DNA of 55,909 nucleotides, counting the filler, from Stramenopiles sp. TOSAG23-3 (taxonomy: Eukaryota): assembly GCA_900128585.1 (NCBI GenBank). It is 4 parts of 4 records of this genome, joined end to end, with 100 filler letters (N's around TTAATTAATTAA, not from the genome) between each part and the next. Parts side by side here need not be neighbours in the genome. Positions count along the whole stretch, not along the records: positions 1 to 25,769 come from LT642284.1; positions 25,870 to 51,605 come from LT642285.1; 2 more parts are not named here. The stretch is one strand, 5' to 3'. Made by a program: the position numbers and the translations under genes. Positions within the stretch are counted from its first letter, which is position 1. The number at the start of each line of letters is the position of its first letter. The notes under the pieces were generated by a model that saw only the letters and a program-made list of their open reading frames with translations, was not told the DNA's origin and searched no databases. Shown one piece after another: positions 21,397 to 32,359 of this stretch.

Positions 21397-22086
21397 CTAT
21401 GGGGAGGATGCCGGTACGGTAGGGTTCTGGTACTTTGCCAGCGCTTTCTCAACGCCAAAAGTTTTGTTCAAAAACGGTCTGACGTCTTCAAGTGGCTGTA
21501 GCCTGCGCAAAAAGTTGTCCAAAATGTTCAAGGCGGTGTCGCCAGCGCTCCCGTACCACGACAAAATCGGAATCCCATTCCGTGGCTGGCACAAAAAGCT
21601 CATCGGGTTGTTGTCGACGAGGACTGTCCTCGCCATGTCTGGCGCTTCCACCTTTCCGAGGTCTTTCACAAAAGTTTTTCCCTTGATCTGCGTACAATCT
21701 GTTCGAAAGTAGCACCCTTTGAATATTTTCTTCTCCGGGTCAAGCATCTTCAAAATTGGCCGGGCGTAGTACTCCTCGGAGGCCGTGAAGGCGTACACGT
21801 CGTGCTCCATCGCTAACTTTTTCAAGAACCCGTCGACGCCAGGTCGCTTGCGTACTACCACTTGGTGAACGGTCCCGTCGGAGGTTTTGATGGATACTTC
21901 GATGCCATTCACTTTGTCCGTCTTGGTTTCCCCGCTCATTCCGTTACGGCCTATGTCTCGCCCTACTTCCGCATGGATAAGGGTCTCGTCGATATCTAAA
22001 ACGACCCGAAGCCTACGGTTCTTACCTGGGCTGCCTTGGCCAACGCGAGAACCACCGCAACAACTACTGGCTGGATTAAACATCAT
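21397..22086 (-). CDS. SCP/CTDSP-like HAD phosphatase (FCP1/NIF domain)
   Basis: VVLDIDETLIH (DxDxT), V.KRPGVD.FL, FTAS...YA, FVKDL, TVLVDNNP.SF..QP.NGIPI..W. Confidence 0.93.
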   Translation of the reverse strand: MMFNPASSCCGGSRVGQGSPGKNRRLRVVLDIDETLIHAEVGRDIGRNGMSGETKTDKVNGIEVSIKTSDGTVHQVVVRKRPGVDGFLKKLAMEHDVYAFTASEEYYARPILKMLDPEKKIFKGCYFRTDCTQIKGKTFVKDLGKVEAPDMARTVLVDNNPMSFLCQPRNGIPILSWYGSAGDTALNILDNFLRRLQPLEDVRPFLNKTFGVEKALAKYQNPTVPASSP

Positions 22087-23093
22087 CTTTACTAAAAGAA
22101 AGCAAATTACTTTACTTCGTTGTAATTGTAATAAGTATTTCTTTTTTTCGTGTTAATTGTTAAATCAATTCCATGCGCTTCCACCATCGTTACCTTTTCT
22201 TCTATTTTACATAGTAAGATACACTCTCTTCTATTGTATATTAAAGTCGTCTAACATTCTAACATACTATTCTTATAATATTATCTCTGATTTTTTAATT
22301 ATTTTTTTTTTTTTTAAATTCCCCGGCGTCGGTGGTGGTGGCCTGCTTTCTTCCTGCTTTTCTTTCTTTCTTTCTTTCTTTCTGATCGCGCTGGTTTGCT
22401 GGTTGCTCCCCCTATGCTACAACCATGTTGAGCTCAGCCCCCCTTTTCTTTTTCTTCTTAAAATTTCTTCTTTCTTCGTTTTTAACTTCCTTTCACTTTA
22501 TTAATCTCTATGCTGTGTTTATATTACATATAATTTAAAAAAACTCAGTTTAACAAAGTTTTCCTTTAATAATAGAAAAAGAAGATAAGGGCAACATTCA
22601 TTGCAACAATGCTATTCTGCTGTTAATTGTGTAGGCGGAAAAGACAAGAAATGTGGTAAATGTATACATAGACACAGTATACAATTCAGAATCGCATAAA
22701 TTTTATTATTTTACCAAACCGATTCGATGATAATATGGACAGAGCATAGAATGTATCATTTCATGACCTCTTTTCTATGCTCTGATTATATTAATCCACA
22801 TGGAGAGAGGGAATTTATTATCCCAATATGAACAGAGGGAAGAAATAATGTAACGACTGTATTTATTCTATTTAATAGTATACAATTTAATAATTATAAG
22901 TATAATTATACATTGTATTTATTGTATAATGGTTTATATTTATACTTATATTATGTATATATATATTATAAATACCTATATGATTTTCTTGTATCAATCC
23001 CCCCACTTTTTTTAATTTTCCTTCCTTTTCCTTTTTAATTCCTTCCTTCTTCCTTCTTCCTCCTTTCTTCTCTAAATTTTCATAATTCCTTTT

Positions 23094-23191
23094 GATTTTA
23101 GGGTTTTCATTTGGGTTTGATTTTAGGGTTTTGGTTTTGGATTTGGATTTTAGGGTTTTGGTTTTGATTTTGATTTTGATTTTAGGGTTTT
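23094..23191. repeat. Four copies of GATTTTAGGGTTTT (telomere-like / telo-box-like) in a T/G-rich tract
   Basis: Copies at 23094, 23119, 23146 and 23178. Confidence 0.85.
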
Positions 23192-23499
23192 GGTGAAGCA
23201 GTGTATAAATTTATAATACATAGTAATAGGTAGGTCGTTTTTAAAACCTTCTGCTATTGTAGTATTACATAATATCCAATGAATGCCCAACAACAACAAT
23301 GTAATAATAATTATTTTTTGTATTTATTATTATTTATTTAATAAAAAATGTAACGGGGATTCACCAAGATTCAACGCTGAAAGCGTAGGTGAGATAGGTC
23401 AGGGTTAAATTTTTCCAAGGTAGTTCATCGAAAAATTGGAAACGTTTGAAGAGGAACGCTACGATCATCCTAGCGTCCTGAAAATCTGCCGGGCGTACG

Positions 23500-25518
23500 A
23501 TGGCAGATATAAGAAAGAAAGAAATGCCTACGATGGCAGAACTGAAAAAGAAAGACATACGGTGGACGGTCAACCCTCTCGAGGTGGAGAGCGATGCCAC
23601 CCAGGAAAACCGTCCGTCGACAGGACCAAGAACATCTGCCATACAACGTGCCTCGAAGATCAGAGGTATTGTGAAAAATCAAAAATGGATCAGCACTGTC
23701 GGTGTGAAAGGGTTCTGCCTTATCCTTTTTATGGCGCTAATATCGGGATTTCACTGCTATATAATTTATGCGTACCGTCATAGAATGGACGGTTCCCTGT
23801 GGCCGTTTTTTTTGTTCGCGGTTGTGTTTGCCCTTCTTATTTTCCCTTATAGTATCTGTTGGAGAAAGAGGCTAGTGTCGTGGGCATCGCAGAAATATGG
23901 AAACAAAAGAAAACGGGGAATGAAGGCGAAGGGGTTCTCAATGCTCACATTTGCTACGTGGTATTCCGATAATCTAGCTCTGGATGGAAAGTACTTTTTG
24001 GTCCGTATGTATTTTAACGAGTTCGTCGAGACGATTTACCAATTTGTGAATTTCCAAGGGATTTACGTCTGTACGTTACCCATAGGAGTAACTTCAGGGC
24101 TGTGCATCTTGTTGCTATTGGACTCTTTGTACAGGATGTGGACCTTTCGGGCCGTTTGGTTTTCAGAAAACCACCATATATCTGTGGATGCTAGAAATGT
24201 ACAAGTGCACGTTGACATGTTCGTCGACGGGTGCTCCCTCGTTGTCCCCCCGGCCGTCATGTGGCTTGCGTATAACATGTATATAACCAGGGGAGAAATG
24301 GCGTCGATTGTCTTCATGCCAAGTGCATTTTTATTCGTCAAGATCAGACGGATGTACGACGAGTCATTGCGGCGTTACACAGAAAGGCAGATTATGGAAG
24401 CGCAGAGCAGGAATTCGTTAAGCTTGTCTAGACGGAGGGAGAGTGTGTACGGTGTCATCAACTCTGCTAAAATAGCAAAGGAACAAAATGAGGTGCTCAG
24501 CACTCCATTGCGAAAATCGATTTTTGTAGTGAGCGGTATCAGTGCGGTCTTCCTTGCCGTGATGCTCGCATCGCAGTTGCTGAATTATAGCGAAAACAAC
24601 GCCAGATGCACGGAACAGCTTGGCTCCCACTTCTGGGAGAAGGGGTGCAAAGTAAAGGTGCCCTACTGCAAAAGTCTGTTCACGCCCACCTGCGATTGTG
24701 CTGTGATCGATACGCAGGGGTATAACCGAACAACGCTTCCGGGGAAGTTCACTGGTTTGAACGCCATGCGAAAACTTACGATACAAAACAGTGCTCTGAC
24801 AACGATGCCAATGGATATGGGTGCAGAGTTCAAAAAAGTGAATCTTATTGTACTGAAAAACTGTAGATTGTCAGCATTTGACGTTGACGTTTCTATGTGC
24901 GAAGAGTTGATTACACTTTATTTGGACTTTAACTCATTGTTGTTTGTTCATAAAAGCGTGTGGAATCATACAGTTTTGATGAATTTCGATATCAGCGATA
25001 ATCCGGGACTAACTATTCCCAAACAAAAAATCCTGCTTCCAAAACTTTCGTATTTTGCAATGGTAAACAATAGCATGGAAATAATGCCCACGCTATTCGA
25101 AAACCTAGATGGCACGCCGTCGTTTCCAAGTATACAATATTTGTACCTAAGCAGGAACAAAATGGTCACTGCTCCCAGCACGATGAAAAATATTGCGCCG
25201 ACATTACAAAGAATATGGATGGCTGGTGTTGGCTTGGTCAGCCTCCCAGATTATATGTCCTCTTTTGAAAGAATCCAATTTATTGATGTGAGAAACAATA
25301 ACATAACAATTGTGGATGACAGGTTCATGAAGATGTTGCCACTCACTGCCATATCTTACTTTGCCGACAACCCAGTGTGTAGCACATCGCTGAGGGATAA
25401 ATTAGATTGTGTGCCTCTGTGTTCAAAATATTGCTTTGCCAGATATCATGACAATGGTTTTTGTGATAGCTCTTGCAATTCTTTCAAGTGTGATTATGAT
25501 GGTGGAGATTGCGTTTAG
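23500..25518 (+). CDS. Multi-pass (~7 TM) membrane protein with C-terminal Cys cap, leucine-rich repeats and LNR (Lin12/Notch)-like module
   Basis: Hydrophobic helices over aa ~65-360; LxxLxLxxN repeats (LITLYLDFNSL, IQYLYLSRNKM, IQFIDVRNNNI); NPVC cap; terminal CSKYC...DNGFCDSSCNSFKCDYDGGDC. Confidence 0.88.
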   Translation: MADIRKKEMPTMAELKKKDIRWTVNPLEVESDATQENRPSTGPRTSAIQRASKIRGIVKNQKWISTVGVKGFCLILFMALISGFHCYIIYAYRHRMDGSLWPFFLFAVVFALLIFPYSICWRKRLVSWASQKYGNKRKRGMKAKGFSMLTFATWYSDNLALDGKYFLVRMYFNEFVETIYQFVNFQGIYVCTLPIGVTSGLCILLLLDSLYRMWTFRAVWFSENHHISVDARNVQVHVDMFVDGCSLVVPPAVMWLAYNMYITRGEMASIVFMPSAFLFVKIRRMYDESLRRYTERQIMEAQSRNSLSLSRRRESVYGVINSAKIAKEQNEVLSTPLRKSIFVVSGISAVFLAVMLASQLLNYSENNARCTEQLGSHFWEKGCKVKVPYCKSLFTPTCDCAVIDTQGYNRTTLPGKFTGLNAMRKLTIQNSALTTMPMDMGAEFKKVNLIVLKNCRLSAFDVDVSMCEELITLYLDFNSLLFVHKSVWNHTVLMNFDISDNPGLTIPKQKILLPKLSYFAMVNNSMEIMPTLFENLDGTPSFPSIQYLYLSRNKMVTAPSTMKNIAPTLQRIWMAGVGLVSLPDYMSSFERIQFIDVRNNNITIVDDRFMKMLPLTAISYFADNPVCSTSLRDKLDCVPLCSKYCFARYHDNGFCDSSCNSFKCDYDGGDCV

Positions 25519-25769
25519 GGGTTTAGGGAATCCTAAAAATGGTGTCGAATTGAAGCCTAATTTTCAGTTTATCTAAAATTATAAAAAAGTAAATGCTTCA
25601 ATTTGATGTTAAATCACTCAAGGTTAACTGAAAAACAAAATATTAAGAAGAGCTCTCCTGTTATTTTTTGAAAAATAAAATTATATTTTATATAAAAAAA
25701 ATGATGATTGACAACCATCAATGAGACGAAATTACAGAATCAAGTTAGGATTAGGGTACGACGAAGCTA

Positions 25770-25869
25770 NNNNNNNNNNNNNNNNNNNNNNNNNNNNNNN
25801 NNNNNNNNNNNNNTTAATTAATTAANNNNNNNNNNNNNNNNNNNNNNNNNNNNNNNNNNNNNNNNNNNN
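25770..25869. other. Assembly gap / contig joint with artificial linker TTAATTAATTAA
   Basis: 100-nt N block with a central six-frame stop linker; the same structure occurs at 51606-51705 and 53758-53857. Confidence 0.95.
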
Positions 25870-27443
25870 GAAGCATCGTAATCTCCGCTGAGAATAATTT
25901 TTCTGCACTTCGTTTGGCATAGAAACTGCATAATGTTTCCGACAAGCTCGTGCGGCAAATTGTAAACATTTGATAACGCACGTTTGTGGTTTAGAACGCA
26001 CAAAAAGGCAATAACGGTGCGTTTTCCGACAGCGACGTAATCGATAGGGACTAGTTCCAGCAGCCGCTGCTGGTCGCATTCGTCCAGGCTGTAAAAGCTC
26101 TGTTTTTCTATTGTCAACACTTCTAAATTTCCATTGCGCAAGCCGTCCAAGGGGTTTATCTTTAACGCATCCAGCAGAATTTCTACGTCGAGCTTGTGCA
26201 ATCGGACATTCTCTAGGTTTAATTTCTGCAAGCGGTTGAATGTGAACCTCTTCCAGGTATTTTCAGGGGTCAACAAAGAAACTTCCGAGGGCACCATGCC
26301 ACTGCCAACGCTAGCAGCGACTCGTCTCGGTTTTAACGTTTCCGCTAAACGCTTCATCCAATTGTTTCCCACTCCATCCTGACAAACGCTCTCCTCCCCT
26401 TTCAATTGCAGTTCTTTTGTAAATGATCCGCTCGTGTTTCTAGTGGAAAGTCCGGAGAGTAAGGCATCCAGAGCAATGCAGGACATATCGTTGCCTCCGC
26501 ATGAAAGCCACTGTATTGCATGCATCTCACTCCACAGGCTGTGGGTCAAAGCGACCATACCGTCGTCGCCGATTTTGTTGTCGGCGATGTTTAGTTTATG
26601 CACTGGGCTCTGGGAGTGCTGGCGGCGATTCAAGGCGTTCGCCAGTGCAAAACCCCCTTCCATGCTAACACAACAGCCGGACACATCCAAAGCAACCAAA
26701 CTCTCCAGAGACAGTAAGACGGACTCGGAGAGAATAGCTGCGCCAGTACTGCCGAGGTTGTTTTTTGCCAAAGACAAAGACTTCAAACTGCAAGGGCCAC
26801 GAACGATAGCCTCGCAAAACTCCTCGAAAATTTGCAGTCCGTCGAATTGGGAGCATGATATTCTGTTGTCTGATAAATTCAATACCTCCAAGGTCCGATT
26901 GTGCAAAAACATGTCCGTTGCTTCCCTCATACCGAAGCTCCACCCGAACTGACACGCTTGGCAATTCTCCACGTTGAGCTCCCGCAAACACGTATTTTGA
27001 GCTATGTTTGTCATCCACGCGGCTGTCCCGGTGGGCCCGATTCCTTGATTACCTTGCAAGTTTAGCTGGCGTACGCTACACGAATTTCCATTTGCAAATC
27101 CGTTTTCTCCAAAGCATGATGCGAGTTTTCGTGAACCGGGGACCAAGAAACGATTGAAGGACAGATCGACTTGCTTCAGAGCCTTACAATGTTTAAGAAG
27201 CTGGCAGATGTAAGGTACTTCCCTATCTGACATCAGACTATCTTTCAGAGTGACGGACTGAAAACCAAAGTAACGCTTTGAGCGCACATGCCTCACAAAC
27301 TTTTTCAACTCTATGTTACAACTCTGGGTGTTTCGATTTTTAAACTTGGACAACTCCAGCAGAAAGTCTTGCCCACCCGCCCCTTCTCTCTTCAACCCGC
27401 TACTTTCTCCCCCCGTCTCGACTTCGCGATCGCTGTATGGCAT
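25870..27443 (-). CDS. RNI-like (ribonuclease-inhibitor class) LRR protein; 3' end lost in the gap
   Basis: LKQVDLSFNRF, LEVLNLSDNRI, LKSLSLAKNNLG..GA..L, LNIADNKIGDDG..AL repeats; F-box-like LPHELVGNIMQFL near the C-terminus. Confidence 0.88.
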
Positions 27444-28108
27444 GGTTTCAAGCTGAGCGACAACTGTGATCTAAAAACTGTGGTTTTGTACTGATTAAAG
27501 TAACGACGCAAACAGTGCGAACATTATAACTCCTTCAATTTTGCTTTACCCTCGACTTTGATCCCTTGAATGTCCTAATATGAAAGCAAAGAAAAGTTTT
27601 TAGTCTGGAAGTTTATAATTGATGTGTAGTAATAATAGGAGGATGGAGAGAAGAAGAAGAAAGAAGAAAAAGAAAAAAAAAGGAAGAAGAATTTCAAAAT
27701 AATTATTATTTATTTATTATTATTAGAACTATTATTAATAGCTTTTAATAAAAAATGAATGAAGAATGAATTTAAAAAACCGGAATATTATTATTAACAA
27801 ACAACAAGCAGCAGAGCAGCAGCACGCAGAGAGAGAAGAAAGAATTTCAAAATAAAACAACAACAACAGATAATAATAATATAAAATAAAAATACGCCAT
27901 CAATCATCATTCATCATCATTATTCTTCATCCATCATCCAGTATTCCGTTGTTCTTTGATTGTGGTATTTGCCGTCAATGAGACAAACAAAGTGTACAAA
28001 TGTTACCCTACAAAGTAGAAAGGCAATATCCCGATAGTCGCCACTTTCAACTGTGCAGTAAAGTACAGAAGCCCCCTGGCTGGCATTTTGTTTTGAGCAA
28101 TATCCAAC

Positions 28109-29779
28109 ATGTCCAGGGCCCGTACACCGAAGCGAGGCTCTTCGCCGAAGCGAGGCTCATCGCCATCGAGTAGAAACAGAAAAAAGTCTGGAAAAGAAAC
28201 GGATGCGGATAGGGAACAACGTGTTGACGATGAATTGAAGCGTTTAAAACTGCTAGCGGATAAGAAGAAGGCAAACCAAAGAATCCTGGCCCAAAAGTGG
28301 ACAAGGGAAGTTATCCCAACGTTGTATTTTTGGAAATATAAAGGCGATAAAGACTTACTGGAACTATTGAACGACCCCGTCGCAAAATACGCGTGGGACC
28401 CCAACGGTTCTCTTAACGGGAAAACTCCGCTTCGGCACGCTGTTGTTTATCGCGACACGAAGCTCATGGATCATTTAGTTGACACATTAAAATGTAAGGT
28501 TGTGCACGTGTCTGTCGACGACGGAGATGGGTGGAGCGCGATGACAGAGGCCGCAGCGCAGGGGTGGACGGACGGGGTCGATTATTTGTTGAAAAAGAAG
28601 CACCCGGTCGACAAGCCGTCTGATATGGGGGGACTGAATCCCCTTTTGCACGCGGCAAAGAACGGGTACTACAAGACCTGCAAGTTTTTGATAGCAAACG
28701 GCGCTTTCCCCGACATCGTCGACAACAATCGCTACAACGCACTGATGCACGCAGTAAAGCGGAAGTGCCAGTACTTTGAGCACGTGCAAGCCGTGCAAGA
28801 ACAACTGCGAGGCATGTGGTTCAAAACCATGGAAGCAAGCAAAAATACAAAAAAGCCTAAATCTGCGGGAAAAAAGAAACGCCCTGGTTCCAAGGGTAAG
28901 GGGGCAGGCACCAAAACAGCCAAAGAACCGAGCGTCCAGGCACCAAAGCCTATGTTCGGAACTGCAAACGTTCCAGAGCATAACAAAATTGTAAAATTTC
29001 TCATCAAGCAAAAGTCAAACGTAAACCATCGGGATCGATGGGGAAGAAATGTGCTCTCCCACGCCGCGGAGGCCGGGAACCGCCAGGCTTGCCAAATGCT
29101 CGTCCGCGCGGGTGCGCGATTGGACGAAGTTGACAACGAAAAGCGGTCCCCTCTGCACTGGGCATTAAGCGCGGGTCGGTCGAGAGTTGCGCGCTTGCTG
29201 GTCCAGATGGGATGTGCCCTAAATATCCAAGATGTGGAGGGGCACACGCCTCTGATGATGTGCGCGAAGATGAACAAAATAAAAGATGCGTTGTATCTAA
29301 ACGCGGCTGGTGCGGACAAAAACCTGAAGACGGGGCATGGGTACACTGCTTTACAAATCGCTAGTTTTCACGACTTTATAGAACTAGAAACCGTTATCAA
29401 AACACAGTCACACTGGGCGAAGGAAAACTACAAGATTTGGAGAAGGGAGAGAAGAGAAAAGAGACGAGCAGACAAGAGGCGTGCAGATCAATTGATTCAA
29501 TTGGAAAAAGAGCGAAAGGAGCAAGAAGAGCGAGAGCGGATAGAAAAAGAAAAGAAGAAAAAGAAGAAGCGCAAGGGAGGGGGGAAGCCTCGGGGCAAAG
29601 GGAAAAGCAGGCCAGGTAGCCCGTCCAAAGCGGAAAAGGGCCCGGACATTAGCATGCTTATGAACAATGGGCCAGCTCCACCGACGAAAAAGGAGAAGAA
29701 AGTGCAAGCGGAATCTGACGTCAGCTCAGAGCCGGAGAGCTCAGATTTTGAGCATGATTTTGAGGGGAAACAATATTAA
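28109..29779 (+). CDS. Ankyrin-repeat protein with basic N- and C-terminal tails
   Basis: TPLRHAV, NPLLHAAKNG, SPLHWALSAG, TPLMMCA and TALQIAS repeats. Confidence 0.92.
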   Translation: MSRARTPKRGSSPKRGSSPSSRNRKKSGKETDADREQRVDDELKRLKLLADKKKANQRILAQKWTREVIPTLYFWKYKGDKDLLELLNDPVAKYAWDPNGSLNGKTPLRHAVVYRDTKLMDHLVDTLKCKVVHVSVDDGDGWSAMTEAAAQGWTDGVDYLLKKKHPVDKPSDMGGLNPLLHAAKNGYYKTCKFLIANGAFPDIVDNNRYNALMHAVKRKCQYFEHVQAVQEQLRGMWFKTMEASKNTKKPKSAGKKKRPGSKGKGAGTKTAKEPSVQAPKPMFGTANVPEHNKIVKFLIKQKSNVNHRDRWGRNVLSHAAEAGNRQACQMLVRAGARLDEVDNEKRSPLHWALSAGRSRVARLLVQMGCALNIQDVEGHTPLMMCAKMNKIKDALYLNAAGADKNLKTGHGYTALQIASFHDFIELETVIKTQSHWAKENYKIWRRERREKRRADKRRADQLIQLEKERKEQEERERIEKEKKKKKKRKGGGKPRGKGKSRPGSPSKAEKGPDISMLMNNGPAPPTKKEKKVQAESDVSSEPESSDFEHDFEGKQY

Positions 29780-30097
29780 TGGGTTTTTTAGATGTCTCTG
29801 CTGTTTCTTTCTGTAATATATAGTTTTTTAAAATATGGAAATACTGCTCTTTATATTTTTCCGTTGTGGCATTAGCAGTAACACAGCATTAAAATACGGT
29901 ACTTCCCGAAGAGTTGTTATTTCCTTACTACTAGGAGGTACTGCAACATCTTGGTGGACCTCGCCGAACGAGAAGCAAGTCTGTTCCGGGCTGGTGCATA
30001 CTCAATCTGCACAGACTGCCAAGAGAAGTGAGAAAATATTTTTTCATTTAAGAGCCATATCTTACAGAAAGACCCGATACGAATTACGCTTCTCAAA

Positions 30098-31636
30098 ATG
30101 AGCAGCCCATCCCGCAGAAGAAAACGAAGAGATGTTGACAGGACTGCAGCTTGGCGCACCCGCAGCCCCCCCTACACTCGATGGACAAGAATGTGGTGCG
30201 GGGACGGCGAACAGGATTTTTACTTTTACCACAACTTTGAAGGGCACGTAGTGTTCTCGCGCCCGTTTGATTTTGGGAAGGCTATTAAGAAGAAAACAAA
30301 CAGACGTAGGAAAGGCGCTCCGACAAAGAAGGAGGAGGAAAAGGAAGACGTCGAAGAAAAGCCTAGGGCACTGCTAGAAATAGAGTCCGCATGGGCCATA
30401 CAGCGAGTGGCAAGACAGTACATAGCTAGGCGACGAATCCGGTTGAAACGGGCGGACAAATTGGTATCCAGCGGACGCAAAACTACCCAAGGTTGGATCG
30501 CGTTTGATGATCCAACTAGTCTCCTTGTATTCGGAGCGTACTACAAGTGCTACGTAAACGTAGAAACGCACACGGTTCTCTGGAGGCGTACATATGAGAA
30601 CGCTGCAGAACGGTATGCGCGAGAGAAGCGGGAAGCCATAGAGCTTCAGTTGAAGCTGGACACGGAGATGATTCATTACGGTAGGTTGGGAAACGTCCAC
30701 GAAGCTCGTAGGCGAGTGAGAAAAGGCGCTAACATGTACTACCTGGACCCAGAGCACGGCTGCACGCTGGCTCATTTTGCGGCCGCCCGCTCTCTTATGA
30801 ACGTTTTGCAGTGGCTCAACGCAGAGAGCTTCAACTTTTCTTTCAAAGACAGGCTTTCCGCAACGCCCCTCCATTACGCTGCAAAGTCGGGGAATGAAAG
30901 AGTTATCGAATTTTTGCTACAACGATCGAATGTGCACCTCGAAGGAAAGGACAATCGCGGGCGCACGCCACTCTTGTGGGCTGCGTTTGGGGCGCAGACG
31001 TTTGCTATAGAGATGCTCCGGGATGCAGGAGCAGATTTACACTCGATGGACAATGCAGGGTGCACCGCGGTCCATAGGGCTTCGAACAGCCCCATTTCGG
31101 GGAAGCGGATGAACACGATATCATGGCTTCAAGCAGAGGGTTTAAACCTACGCCATAAAGACAACTGGGGTTGGACTCCAGTAAATAAGGCTTATACCTG
31201 CAAACAGTACGATGTTGTAGAGGAATTAAAAAGGCATGGGTGTGACCTGACCGTAGAAAACAACTTTGAATCAATCGAGGGGTGGACTCCGGTGCACGTT
31301 GCGGCCCTTCAAGGCAGAGTCGACGCGCTAGAGTACCTTCACAAACGAGGCTGTGAGTTAGACGTGCCCGACAAACGGGATGAGACGCCATTGCATTTGG
31401 CAGCAGGAAACGGCCACGAGGACGCGGTGAAGTATTTGCTGCGCCAAGGGTGCTCTACCAAAACTAGGAATAACATTGGGCAAACCCCGAAAGACGTTGC
31501 TGCCCGGTTGGATCACGAGAATGTCATTGAAATCATACAAGTTACGGAAGATAGAATGATGAGATTGGAGCAGAAGAAAGAGAGGGAGAAACAGAAAGCG
31601 AAGGAACGTTTGGCAAGGAGCAAAAAGAAAAAATAA
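30098..31636 (+). CDS. WW-like / IQ / WW-like plus ankyrin-repeat protein
   Basis: WTRMW....DFYFYHNF.G.VVFSRP (WW-like), AWAIQRVARQYIARRR (IQ), GWIAF...YVNVET..VLW (WW-like), then TPLHYAA/TPLLWAA/TPVHVAA/TPLHLAA ankyrin repeats. Confidence 0.9.
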   Translation: MSSPSRRRKRRDVDRTAAWRTRSPPYTRWTRMWCGDGEQDFYFYHNFEGHVVFSRPFDFGKAIKKKTNRRRKGAPTKKEEEKEDVEEKPRALLEIESAWAIQRVARQYIARRRIRLKRADKLVSSGRKTTQGWIAFDDPTSLLVFGAYYKCYVNVETHTVLWRRTYENAAERYAREKREAIELQLKLDTEMIHYGRLGNVHEARRRVRKGANMYYLDPEHGCTLAHFAAARSLMNVLQWLNAESFNFSFKDRLSATPLHYAAKSGNERVIEFLLQRSNVHLEGKDNRGRTPLLWAAFGAQTFAIEMLRDAGADLHSMDNAGCTAVHRASNSPISGKRMNTISWLQAEGLNLRHKDNWGWTPVNKAYTCKQYDVVEELKRHGCDLTVENNFESIEGWTPVHVAALQGRVDALEYLHKRGCELDVPDKRDETPLHLAAGNGHEDAVKYLLRQGCSTKTRNNIGQTPKDVAARLDHENVIEIIQVTEDRMMRLEQKKEREKQKAKERLARSKKKK

Positions 31637-31979
31637 TAAAACAAAATATATGCAAAACGAATAATAATAAGAAGAAGAACTCCAAAAAACCTATTTAATT
31701 ATCTGGTCCGGTCGGTCCGTTTTAGTGGATATTTAATAAATAGGCAATAATAAGTATATTTATTAGTATACTATGATTATATTATTTTTTCTTGTTGTAG
31801 ACCGGTGCGACGAGAGCAAGGAAGCAAGTATCTTCGGCGCGGAATTGAAAAATGCTAAACAACTTTTTGCTAACTATTTGAGGCAAAGAGATCTTTATGA
31901 ATAAAGGATAATTTGCGCAAATTGAAAGTGTCAAATGTACTTTTTTATACACAAAATTATGCCCGTACAATGCGTTTCC

Positions 31980-32200
31980 CCAACATCAACGTTTAAACAA
32001 GTGTTTGGTCGTGTCGTGTTTGGTCAAAATCGTTCATTTCCGAAAAAATTGTCCCTACGAACCGCATTTCCAAGTCAATTGAGGGCAAACAATTTATAAA
32101 CGTTCGTTGAAGCCCGGACATCGTGGCCGGAACATTCGCCTGATCTAAACTTATGAATGTAAGCGTTCTCCTCTCTTTCTTTTGTCATTTTCGGGCAGAA
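31980..32200 (+). mobile_element. Degenerate Tc1/mariner-superfamily transposase remnant (boundaries uncertain)
   Basis: 32124-32150 translates WPEHSPDLN, matching the WPxxSPDLN motif of Tc1/mariner transposases; in-frame stops on both sides. Confidence 0.55.
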
Positions 32201-32359
32201 TGCTTTCATACTATGAAAATCGAGTTGGATTTTTTTTCGCGCCGCGGACACTGAACACTTTATTGAACAGGTGTCTATCAAAGTCTTTTACTTAAAAAAA
32301 AACAACGACGGTCGTGTTTCTTCATTTTTTCAAAAAATGGGAATTTTGTCATTTTTTGT

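Noticed and set aside
23094-23191. Possible CRISPR-like array or true chromosome end
   Set aside because: Repeats are only 14 nt with low-complexity spacers, no cas genes are present, the context is eukaryotic, and the tract is not a tandem terminal telomere array.
25814-25825. TTAATTAATTAA palindrome repeated three times
   Set aside because: Centred in identical 100-nt N blocks; an artificial contig linker. Gene neighbourhoods across these joints were therefore not interpreted.
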